From assembly GCA_021498095.1 (NCBI GenBank), contig JAIZWK010000001.1:2310001-2342000 (forward strand): a stretch of DNA of 32,000 nucleotides, written 5' to 3'. Shown one piece after another: positions 1-8,428 of this stretch (the first letter of the stretch is position 1; every line of letters begins with the position of its first letter). Origin of the DNA: Candidatus Harpocratesius repetitus (GTDB lineage Archaea > Asgardarchaeota > Lokiarchaeia > Sigyniarchaeales > Promethearchaeaceae). The position numbers and the translations under genes were made by a program. The notes beneath the pieces were generated by a model. It made no database searches. It was not told the DNA's origin and saw only the letters and a program-made list of their open reading frames with translations.

Positions 1-710
1 CTATCCAATCTTTGTGACTTTGGTATTGGAACTACTCCTGTTTGAATACACCATCGGAGCATTAATTGTGCTGTTGTTTTATGATATTTTTCTGCTAATT
101 TTTTCAAACCTTCATGATGAAGCATATAACCATTTGTTAATGGAGAATAAGCTTCAAGAAGAATATTATTATTCTTGCAAAAAATGAGAAGTTCTGTGAG
201 ATTTAAAAATGGGTTGAACTCTACTTGGTTCACAAATGGAATTATGCCCGCGTTTTCTAAAATTTCATTCAAATGGGGAATGTAATAATTACTTACTCCA
301 ATCGCACGACATAATCCTTCATCATACAGATGTTCCAAAGCTTTCCATGTATCTTTGCGCTTCACGGGTACCGGCCAGTGAATTAAATAAAGATCGATAT
401 AATCTACTTGTAGTTTTTTCCGACTTCGTTCAAATGCCTCTAATGTCGATTCATAACCTTGTTCTGTATTCCAAACTTTAGAAGTGATAATAATTTCATC
501 ACGATTGATCTCTGATTCTCGAATGACATCACCAATTTCTTTCTCATTTCCATAAAATGAAGCAGTATCTATCAATCGATATCCGATTTTTAATGCATAG
601 CTTAAAACTTTTGTGAGTGTAGATCCTCTTAAAGCATAAGTTCCCAAACCTATTGGTGGGATTGATAACTCTTTTGTTAAAGAAATTCGAGAAGAGATTG
701 ATTCTGTCAT
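1..710 (-). CDS. Aldo/keto reductase (2,5-DKG reductase-like), 3' end outside window
   Basis: Not in the ORF track. Manual translation from ATG at 710 (AGGAG upstream) is open to the window edge: MTESISSRISLTKELSIPPIGLGTY...LIDTASFYGNEKEIG...TSKVW...DLYLIHWP...AIGVSNY...NQVEFNPF...EAYSPL...QLMLRW...PIPKS. The D/Y/K/H catalytic tetrad is present. Confidence 0.95.
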   Translation of the reverse strand, partial: MTESISSRISLTKELSIPPIGLGTYALRGSTLTKVLSYALKIGYRLIDTASFYGNEKEIGDVIRESEINRDEIIITSKVWNTEQGYESTLEAFERSRKKLQVDYIDLYLIHWPVPVKRKDTWKALEHLYDEGLCRAIGVSNYYIPHLNEILENAGIIPFVNQVEFNPFLNLTELLIFCKNNNILLEAYSPLTNGYMLHHEGLKKLAEKYHKTTAQLMLRWCIQTGVVPIPKSQRLD

Positions 711-959
711 CTAGATGCTCCTTTTACAGATATGTCAAAGAAGTAAAAATCCGAAATTCCATCGGATGCCTTCTTAATGAAATTTAACTCGATTCGCTCT
801 TATAAATATTATGCAAAAAACTATTTTTTTTCATTTTTTTTGATGAGATAATTATTACTTGATTATCATTTATTTAGAGAAAAAGTTATAAGTATTCCAC
901 ATAAATTATTTTATAATTACATTTGCGTACTTTAATTTAAAAAATAATTAGTTGATTCT

Positions 960-1154
960 ATGCAGGAATTTTCGAAATCTGAATCTGAACGCCTGAGTTT
1001 TACTGGCTCATCAACTAAACCTGATGAACGTGAGTTAATCCAAAAAAGAATTGTTATTATTGACCAGCGGATTAAATGGTTGATGAAAGTAAAAAATACT
1101 TTGGAAAATCAACTTCAAAATCTAGATCAAATCAATTTATTGAATAAATCTTAG
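960..1154 (+). CDS. Small hypothetical protein, predicted coiled coil
   Basis: 64-aa ORF occupying an otherwise empty intergenic gap, with an AT-rich TATA-like tract upstream and a heptad-like C-terminal half (IQKRIVIIDQRIKWLMKVKNTLENQLQNL). No family recognised. Confidence 0.45.
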   Translation: MQEFSKSESERLSFTGSSTKPDERELIQKRIVIIDQRIKWLMKVKNTLENQLQNLDQINLLNKS

Positions 1155-1343
1155 TAGATATTAATCAATTTGAATAGATTTCTGTGCTAACTTTATTAAT
1201 TATTATGCTGGTACTTTGGGAAGTTGTAAAAGATTCATTTTTATTATTAAATATCTCTTTCTTAGAGATAATAAGGAAAAAAACTATTGAATTAATAAGC
1301 AAAACTTCTAAAAACTAAAAAATTATGTCATAATAGATAAGAT

Positions 1344-2096
1344 CTATTCTTTTGAAAGGACAACTTCTTGCTTTAAAAGTTTCTCCTTAATCGGATCCCA
1401 GAAAATCTGATTGTAGGGTCCGCTGGTATTGATTTTTGTCCACCAAACCTTGAAATTATCTTGAGGACAAACATTCATACACGCGGCACATTTAATGCAT
1501 TTTTCATCATCAATTTCAATATGAATCTTTGATTCCCATGCTGGTTCCATTTCTTTAAAAGTAATGGCTTCCGTAGGGCATATTTGCTCGCATTTATGAC
1601 AATCACCAGGGCATTTATTCATGTAATATTTAATAAACTCATCTTTGTCATCTGGTATTTCATAAGTTACCTCGATTTTTCCTTCCCAGTAAATATTGGC
1701 ATCTCGTCCTAATTTAGAGCAAGGTACTTTTTGAATTTCCAATTTCGGAATTGAATTATGCTCAATAAGTTTAAGTGTTTCGGTAGGAACCAATTCACCA
1801 TCTTCATACAATTGAATAGCATCAAACGGGCAAAAAATTTGACACGTTCCGCACATAACACATAAATCAGGATCTACTGTATCTACTACAGAAGCATTCA
1901 GATCTTTGGGTTTCGATTCATAAACAGCAGCTGCTGGGCCAAATAAAATAGCATCTTTTGGACAGACAATTGAACATTGCCCACACCCAGTACATTTCAT
2001 TCGATCAAGAATCAAATCATATTGTTTTACTAGGTATTTATGGGTGATTTTGATTTCAGTATCATCTATTTTTTTTAATCGTTTAGGAAAGGCCAT
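1344..2096 (-). CDS. Polyferredoxin, 4x[4Fe-4S], FwdF/MvhB-like
   Basis: Four cluster motifs: CTGCGQCSIVCP, CVMCGTCQIFCP, CPGDCHKCEQICP, CIKCAACMNVCP. The C-terminal KINTSGPYNQIFW segment resembles FwdF termini. GAGG SD upstream. Confidence 0.88.
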   Translation of the reverse strand: MAFPKRLKKIDDTEIKITHKYLVKQYDLILDRMKCTGCGQCSIVCPKDAILFGPAAAVYESKPKDLNASVVDTVDPDLCVMCGTCQIFCPFDAIQLYEDGELVPTETLKLIEHNSIPKLEIQKVPCSKLGRDANIYWEGKIEVTYEIPDDKDEFIKYYMNKCPGDCHKCEQICPTEAITFKEMEPAWESKIHIEIDDEKCIKCAACMNVCPQDNFKVWWTKINTSGPYNQIFWDPIKEKLLKQEVVLSKE

Positions 2097-2187
2097 ATTG
2101 TTATCCTCGAATTTTTAAAGATAAAATTATGATTAAGAGATATTTATTTATAAAGTTGGGGAATAAAAAAGGGTAATGGTATATCCT

Positions 2188-2238
2188 TAGTTAGTTGGTT
2201 TAGTTGGTTAATTCGTTGGTTAATTCGTCGGTTGGTTA
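2188..2238. repeat. Imperfect short tandem repeat (AACCAAC-core units, x4) spanning the hdrB stop codon
   Basis: Minus strand reads TTAACCAACCGACGAA TTAACCAACGAA TTAACCAACTA AACCAACTAA. Confidence 0.7.
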
Positions 2239-4181
2239 AGTGCTGATAGATCCAGATCTCGCTCTAAATGAGTAAAAATTGGATCAACTGGAGTAAAGGG
2301 AGGTACTCCTTTTCGCTTTGGATATCTGAGAATACCGAGTGAAAATGGATCAATTCCCATCGCTAATCCCAAAAGTTGGGTTATATAGAGCACAGGAATG
2401 GAAAATGGTGCAGAAATCTGATCTTTATAGATACTATTAATTTCCATTTGTCCTAAATCGAATTGTAAATGACAGAATGGGCAGCAATCCACAATAATAT
2501 CTACTCCTGCTTTTCGCATCGATTCCAATTTGTCTCGAGTAAAGTCTAAAGAGACTTCTTTTTCAGAACCACGCAAGCCTCCACCTGCGCCACAACACAT
2601 TAACTTGTCTCTATAATCCACAGAAGTACAACCTGTCAACTCAACTAGTTCATCTAAGAAAGTTGGTGTTTCAAAATCATCTTTCCATGGCTTATTATGA
2701 GTTGGTTTCAAAATGTGGCATCCATAATGTACTGCGACTTTAAGTCCCAGATTTCGAGTTATCATTTTTTTAATTTTTTCAATACCTACATCATTATATA
2801 AAATCCAAACCAAGTGCTCGGCATCGACAATACCTTTAAATTCTTTTCCTATTTCTTTCAATTTGCTATTTACGAAATCTCGTTTTTCAGAATTGTGCTT
2901 TAATTCAGTGTTAACATCATTTAATGTGCCGTAACAACCATTACACATAATACAAAGATTTCGCTTAATATCTTCAGCAATCGTTATATTTCTTGCGCCT
3001 AATGTAAGCCATGTATCAATATCAAATGAACGGAATACTCCTGGTGCAGGGCAGCACCCTGCTCCTTCTAACTCGACAACCCCAACTTTTAATGCATTTA
3101 ATACGCTACGAGTAGCCGCATCAATGAAAGGGTAGCGATTAGGAATAACACATCCAAGGTACATTGCTACATTTACACCTTCTGGGTTCTCTTTTAGCAT
3201 ATTGTTTAAATTATTTTTTAACCATTCCGCTCCATGGGTTGTATAATTTTGTAATTGTTTTTTCCAAGGCCATAAGGTTGGATCTAATTTACGAACTTCA
3301 TCAAAGGCTTTCTTTGCTTCTTCCAGTTGATCTTGAGTCCAGTAAAGAATGGCTAAGTTTAACCAAGTTATGGAATTTACCTTTTTTGAATTTGATTCAG
3401 TATAATCAATAATTTTCTTAAGAGCAACTTCTGCATATGATATTTCTCCTAATCGAAATTGTGCTAAGGCGATATTATTCCATAAGGCTTGGAAATTGAT
3501 AAAATTGATTGGATCAAAAACAGGATGATCTTCAAGTAAGGTGAATTCATTAAGAGCATTTTGATATAAACCTTTCTGTGCTTCTATTGTACCTAAAAAG
3601 AAAGATATATATGCCCAGATTTTTGATTTGGAATATAATTTGTTATTCTTATTTTTTATTTCTTTTCCAACATTCTTTTTTATTCCATCTTTTTTATTCT
3701 TCACGTTTGTTTCTTGTTTTAAAATTTCCTTTGCTTCGTTTAGAAATTTTTCTGCGTAGTATATTTCATGGCGTTTAAAATGCAGAAATCCTAAATAGAA
3801 GAGAATTTCGGGAGATCCTGGAGAAAATTTATTCGCACTGGTGAGATAAAATAGTGCTTTTTCAAAACCATTACACATCAGATGGACTTTTGCTAATCCT
3901 ATTAAAGCTTCGATGTTTTTTCCATCTAACTTAAGTGCTTCATAATAATGATTATTGGCATCACGGTAATTCTCCAATATAAGAGCCAAATATCCCCTCT
4001 TCAAATATCCAAGAATATTGGTAGGATCTTTCTCAATCATCTTCTCAAAATAATAGCGCGCTTCGAGATATTTTTTCTGCTCAATATAGAGATCTCCAAG
4101 TTCGGAAAGATCTTCAATTGATTCTGCATATCTTCGAAGATGAAGGATTTTTTTATCTACTTCTTCCATAATAATTCTCAC
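2220..4181 (-). CDS. hdrB: Tetratricopeptide-repeat protein fused to heterodisulfide reductase subunit B
   Basis: N-terminal ~330 aa contain about 7 TPR-like repeats (e.g. LSELGDLYIEQKKYLEARYYFEKMIEKDPTN). C-terminal ~320 aa are a complete HdrB with two CCG domains (YLGCVIP, CCPAPG, CNGC, HYGCH, CCGAGGG, CCPFC). The start may be ATG at 4169. Confidence 0.92.
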   Translation of the reverse strand: MRIIMEEVDKKILHLRRYAESIEDLSELGDLYIEQKKYLEARYYFEKMIEKDPTNILGYLKRGYLALILENYRDANNHYYEALKLDGKNIEALIGLAKVHLMCNGFEKALFYLTSANKFSPGSPEILFYLGFLHFKRHEIYYAEKFLNEAKEILKQETNVKNKKDGIKKNVGKEIKNKNNKLYSKSKIWAYISFFLGTIEAQKGLYQNALNEFTLLEDHPVFDPINFINFQALWNNIALAQFRLGEISYAEVALKKIIDYTESNSKKVNSITWLNLAILYWTQDQLEEAKKAFDEVRKLDPTLWPWKKQLQNYTTHGAEWLKNNLNNMLKENPEGVNVAMYLGCVIPNRYPFIDAATRSVLNALKVGVVELEGAGCCPAPGVFRSFDIDTWLTLGARNITIAEDIKRNLCIMCNGCYGTLNDVNTELKHNSEKRDFVNSKLKEIGKEFKGIVDAEHLVWILYNDVGIEKIKKMITRNLGLKVAVHYGCHILKPTHNKPWKDDFETPTFLDELVELTGCTSVDYRDKLMCCGAGGGLRGSEKEVSLDFTRDKLESMRKAGVDIIVDCCPFCHLQFDLGQMEINSIYKDQISAPFSIPVLYITQLLGLAMGIDPFSLGILRYPKRKGVPPFTPVDPIFTHLERDLDLSALNQPTN

Positions 4182-4277
4182 TAATTACGAAAAACAATAA
4201 GTTAATTTTCGTAGGATAATATTCATCTGGCGCTAATCACTATTTAAGATTTTTTTTATTGGATTATGGAATTTTGA

Positions 4278-4297
4278 GTGAAATTCGTGTGAAATTC
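4278..4297. promoter_or_regulatory. GTGAAATTC direct repeat (11-bp period) in the hdrB/hdrC divergent intergenic region
   Basis: Copies at 4278-4286 and 4289-4297. The repeat is seen directly; a regulatory role is inferred from position only. Confidence 0.25.
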
Positions 4298-4602
4298 TAA
4301 AATGCTGAATGTAGCTTTTTTTTAGGAAGATTTTGATCACTTTTCGAAAGAGAATTTAACAATTCAAGTAAAAATAAATGAATTATTCAGATAATCGTAC
4401 TTTTCTTGGAGTTAGCGAATGAACCTCAAATTAAGTTATGTTTTTCACCAAATCCAATAAATGAAGCTTTTTAAACATTCATTTTAACACTACACCATCA
4501 AATACCCATTTTAATTTCATGTTGCCTATTTGCATGGATTTAAAATAAAAACACCATTTTCATGATTTCTTGTGGTATGAATAAGGTGTTTTTCTCACTC
4601 TC

Positions 4603-5496
4603 ATGAGGGAAATAAATATGGAAAAAATCCAACGGAACATTATTGTTCACATTTCGGATATTATCAGCGAAGAAATAATAAAAGACGAGGCAATGGCTTT
4701 TGTCAGGGCATGTTTTCAATGTGGGACTTGCTCTGGAGGCTGTCCATCTGGACGTAGAACTGCAATTCGTACTCGTCAAATTATTCGTCGGGTAATTTTA
4801 GGATTGGAAGAAGTGCTTTCTTCTGATGATATCTGGCTCTGCAGTACGTGTTATACATGTTTTGAAAGATGTCCAAGAAGTATACCTGTTACTGACATAA
4901 TTATCAAATTGCGAAATTTAGCCACTCAACGAGGATATATGAAACCCCCACATAAAGCAGTTACTCATATTTTAGCTGATACAGGCCATGGTGTTCCGTT
5001 GGGAACGCAAAAAGGTGGTGAACCGAATAATTGGAGTCAATTACGGGCATCATATGGCTTACCGGACATTCCTCCAACAACACACAGTCACCCAGAAGCT
5101 GTTAAAGATATTCAGATATTGATGCACGCTACGAATTTTGATAAATTGGTTGATTGGAAACCAAAAAATACCGAACTGAAGCCAAAGGTTAATGAGAAAA
5201 GTGAAGAAAAAAGTGAGGGAAAAAATGAGGGAGAAAGTAAGGTAAAAAGAAAAGCAAAATCAAAATCAAAATCCCAATCAAAAGTCAAAGAAGAACTTAA
5301 ACCTAAAAAAGAAGTAGAAATCAAAAAAGAACTTGAGATCAAAACAGATTCCCAAACCAAAACCGAATCCAATATCAAATCTGAATCTGAAACAAAGAAA
5401 ACAAGCACAAATAAAAAAACTGTGACAAAAAAGAAAAAGGGTTTAAAGAAAAAATTAAAAAAAACCCGAATTTCCAATAAAAACAAAAAAAAGTAA
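4603..5496 (+). CDS. hdrC: Heterodisulfide reductase subunit C with a 112-aa Lys-rich C-terminal extension
   Basis: CFQCGTCSGGCP and WLCSTCYTCFERCPR motifs, followed by DIIIKLRNLA and TGHGVP typical of HdrC. The start may be ATG at 4618 after GAGG. Confidence 0.92.
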   Translation: MREINMEKIQRNIIVHISDIISEEIIKDEAMAFVRACFQCGTCSGGCPSGRRTAIRTRQIIRRVILGLEEVLSSDDIWLCSTCYTCFERCPRSIPVTDIIIKLRNLATQRGYMKPPHKAVTHILADTGHGVPLGTQKGGEPNNWSQLRASYGLPDIPPTTHSHPEAVKDIQILMHATNFDKLVDWKPKNTELKPKVNEKSEEKSEGKNEGESKVKRKAKSKSKSQSKVKEELKPKKEVEIKKELEIKTDSQTKTESNIKSESETKKTSTNKKTVTKKKKGLKKKLKKTRISNKNKKK

Positions 5497-5686
5497 AAAG
5501 TAAAAAATAGCTTAAACTTCGAAATTCTAAAGAATATTGTCCAATACTGCTAAATCATAAGAATTCGTGTTTGAATTAAGAAAAAAACTTCAATGTCGAA
5601 TGGATCATTATCCTTCGCTTAAAAAAATAGATCACAATAATAATTTCAATAATATAAATAATTATAAAAAATGAGTAGAGTAAACT

Positions 5687-7702
5687 ATGAGTAAATCTAA
5701 AATAAATATAATTTCCCCTTCTAATAATTCAGAAAGCACCGAAATTCGCATTGGTGTTTATCTCTGCCATTGTGGGGTTAATATAGGCGGTGTTATCAAC
5801 ATGGATGAAATGGTTAAATTTGCTCAGAAACTTCCAAATGTTGTAATAGCACGCCAGTATAAATTCTACTGTTCTGATAACGGACAAGCTGAAATTGCTC
5901 GCGATATTCGTGATGGATTAGTTAATCGCGTTGTGGTTGCTGCTTGTAGTCCCCGCATGCATGAAAGTACTTTTCGGCGCGTTTTAGTTGATGAGGGTTT
6001 AAACCCATTTTATTTTGTCCAAGCAAATATTCGAGAACATGCCACTTGGGTAAATATGAATGATCCTGCTGGTGCCCAACGAATTGCCCAAGATCATGTT
6101 CGTATGCAAGTGGCAAAAGCAAGAGAGCTCCGCGCCTTGAAACCACAAAAAGTCATGGTAAAGCCATCTGCTTTAATTATCGGCGCAGGTATTGCTGGAA
6201 TTAATACTGCGTTAGATTTGGCAAATCAAGGTTTTCATGTATATTTAGTTGAAAAAGAACCGACTATTGGGGGTCATATGGCACAATTGGATAAAACTTT
6301 TCCCACAATGGACTGTTCTTCATGTATTCTTACTCCAAAAATGGTCGAAATTTCACGTAATCCTAACATAACAGTTATGGCTTATTCAGAAATAGAACAT
6401 GTAGATGGATATGTTGGAAATTTTCAAGTGCAAATTCGAAAGAAGGCTCATTATGTGGATCAACTGAAATGCACAGGCTGTGGGGAATGTGCCCAACATT
6501 GCCCTGTTTCTGTTGGAAATGAATTTGATTTGGGACTCAGTCATAGAAAAGCCATTTATATTCCATTTCCTCAAGCTGTTCCCGGATTGTATACTATTGA
6601 TATGGAGCATTGCATAAAATGTGGCATTTGTGCATCTACCACCGTTTGTGAACCTCAAGCCATAAATTTTGATGATCAAGATGAAATTGATACAATTGAA
6701 GTCGGAACCATTATTGTGGCTACCGGATATGATCCAATCGATGTATCTAATCTTGGAAATTATGGATATGGTCGATTTGAAAATGTGATTACAGGGCTTG
6801 AAATGGAAAGGAATCTTAGCAGTACAGGTCCTAATCTGGGTCATCCTGTGCGTCCTTCAGATGGAACTTCCCCCAAGTCGATTGTATGGATTCAATGTGT
6901 TGGAAGTCGGGATACTAGAGAAGGTTATCATCCATACTGTAGCCGAGTTTGTTGCATGTATGCGATTAAACAAGCCCGGCAGTATAAGGAAAAACATCCT
7001 GAAGCTCAATGTTATATATTCTATATAGATATTCGCGCATTCGGTAAGGGCTATGAAGAATTTTATGAATTAGCCAGTCATGAATATGGTATCAAATTTA
7101 TGCGGGGTCGTTTAGCAGAAATTCAAGAAAATCCTGATAAATCGCTGTTAATTCGCGCTGAAGATACATTTCTTGCTCAACCAATTGAAATTAATGTAGA
7201 CATGGTTGTTCTTTCAATAGGTTTGGAAACTACTCATGATTCTGGTAAAATCGCTTCTATGCTGGCAATTCAAAAATCCACTGATGGTTTCTTCATGGAA
7301 GCTCATCCCAAACTTCGTCCAGTTGATTCTCTTACGGATGGAATATTTATTGCTGGAGTTGCTCAAGGACCAAAAGATATTCCAGATGCTGTTTCTCAAG
7401 CAAAAGGTGCTGCTGCGGGTGCTGCTATCTTAATGGCAAAAGGGGAGGTGGAAGTGGAGCCATATTTTTCAATTGTACAACCTGCTCTCTGTTCTGGTTG
7501 TAGATCTTGTATTAATCAATGTCCATTTGGAGCAATTACATTTGATGAAATCTTGCAAATTGCTCATATAAATCCAATTAAATGCAAAGGATGCGGAACT
7601 TGCGCATCTACTTGTCCATCGAATGCAATTCTTCAAAATCATTTTACAACAAAACAATTAATGGCTATTATTGATGGTGTTTTAGGAGATTATCAAGTAT
7701 GA
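5687..7702 (+). CDS. hdrA: Heterodisulfide reductase subunit A (flavin-based electron-bifurcating subunit), Cys form
   Basis: RIGVYLCHCG N-terminus, GAGIAG FAD motif, LDKTFPTMDCSSC, inserted ferredoxin (CTGCGECAQHCP, CIKCGIC), QCVGSRD...CSRVCCMY, and a C-terminal ferredoxin (CSGCRSCINQCP, CKGCGTCASTCP). Confidence 0.97.
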   Translation: MSKSKINIISPSNNSESTEIRIGVYLCHCGVNIGGVINMDEMVKFAQKLPNVVIARQYKFYCSDNGQAEIARDIRDGLVNRVVVAACSPRMHESTFRRVLVDEGLNPFYFVQANIREHATWVNMNDPAGAQRIAQDHVRMQVAKARELRALKPQKVMVKPSALIIGAGIAGINTALDLANQGFHVYLVEKEPTIGGHMAQLDKTFPTMDCSSCILTPKMVEISRNPNITVMAYSEIEHVDGYVGNFQVQIRKKAHYVDQLKCTGCGECAQHCPVSVGNEFDLGLSHRKAIYIPFPQAVPGLYTIDMEHCIKCGICASTTVCEPQAINFDDQDEIDTIEVGTIIVATGYDPIDVSNLGNYGYGRFENVITGLEMERNLSSTGPNLGHPVRPSDGTSPKSIVWIQCVGSRDTREGYHPYCSRVCCMYAIKQARQYKEKHPEAQCYIFYIDIRAFGKGYEEFYELASHEYGIKFMRGRLAEIQENPDKSLLIRAEDTFLAQPIEINVDMVVLSIGLETTHDSGKIASMLAIQKSTDGFFMEAHPKLRPVDSLTDGIFIAGVAQGPKDIPDAVSQAKGAAAGAAILMAKGEVEVEPYFSIVQPALCSGCRSCINQCPFGAITFDEILQIAHINPIKCKGCGTCASTCPSNAILQNHFTTKQLMAIIDGVLGDYQV

Positions 7703-8166
7703 TAAAATCAAAAATTGAAGACAATCCTTCTTCCGAAGTGATTGATAAAGATTTTGAACCATTCATATTGGGAATATTCTGTAATTGGTGTACCTATACT
7801 GGATGCGATCAAGCAGGTACTTCGAGAATGCAACGCCCTGCAAATTTGCGCGTTATGCGTGTTATGTGTAGTGGCCGTGTTGAACCAGAAATGGTTATTG
7901 AAGCTTTAAAACGTGGGGCAGATGGTGTTCTTATTGGTGCTTGTCATATCGGGGACTGTCACTATGTAAATGGAAACCACAAGACAGTTCGGCGTATGCC
8001 GGTTTTAGTAAACCTTATTGAACAATATGGTTTTAATCCTAATCGTGTGTGGTTAAGACATATATCAGCATCAGAAGGTGCGGAATTAACTGAAATTGTT
8101 AAAGAATATGTGAAAATACTAAAAGAATTAGGCCCCAATCCGTTGAAAAATCAAAAATCAAGATAA
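7699..8166 (+). CDS. mvhD: MvhD/FlpD [2Fe-2S] subunit (hydrogenase delta), Cys form
   Basis: FCNWCTY...RVMCSGRV...GADGVLIGACHIGDCHYVNGN. ATGA overlap with the hdrA stop indicates translational coupling. Confidence 0.95.
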   Translation: MIKSKIEDNPSSEVIDKDFEPFILGIFCNWCTYTGCDQAGTSRMQRPANLRVMRVMCSGRVEPEMVIEALKRGADGVLIGACHIGDCHYVNGNHKTVRRMPVLVNLIEQYGFNPNRVWLRHISASEGAELTEIVKEYVKILKELGPNPLKNQKSR

Positions 8167-8428
8167 TATTTTTTTAATTTCTTTAATTTGGTGAAAGCAC
8201 TTTTTTACTATGGTAAAATCTATCTTATCTTGAATAATTGTCAATTTTTCTCGATGTTTTAGAAGAACCTATCAAAATATTTGCAGATTTTATATTTTTC
8301 ATTATTCTTACCTAAAATAGTTTGTATGATCTTTATAAGGTGCACAAATAAAAATTCTAATAGTAAAGCGTATTTTACTACCTATATCATGTGATGAGTG
8401 ATATCTTTTCTCCACTCACAAACCGGAT

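Noticed and set aside
236-481. 81-aa plus-strand ORF in the track
   Set aside because: It is the antisense shadow of the aldo/keto reductase gene on the minus strand.
749-767. ATCCGA-N7-TCGGAT hairpin upstream of the AKR gene
   Set aside because: A 6-bp stem is expected by chance, and there is no other support.
3164-3778. Plus-strand ORFs 3164-3412 and 3578-3778
   Set aside because: Antisense to TPR-hdrB, with no recognisable motifs.
5112-5486. 124-aa Phe/Leu/Ser-rich minus-strand ORF that looks like a membrane protein
   Set aside because: It is the reverse complement of the A-rich Lys tail of hdrC, which explains the hydrophobic bias.
7699-7702. hdrA TGA stop as possible Sec read-through producing an HdrA-MvhD fusion
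   Set aside because: mvhD is in a different frame (ATGA overlap), so read-through would not fuse them.
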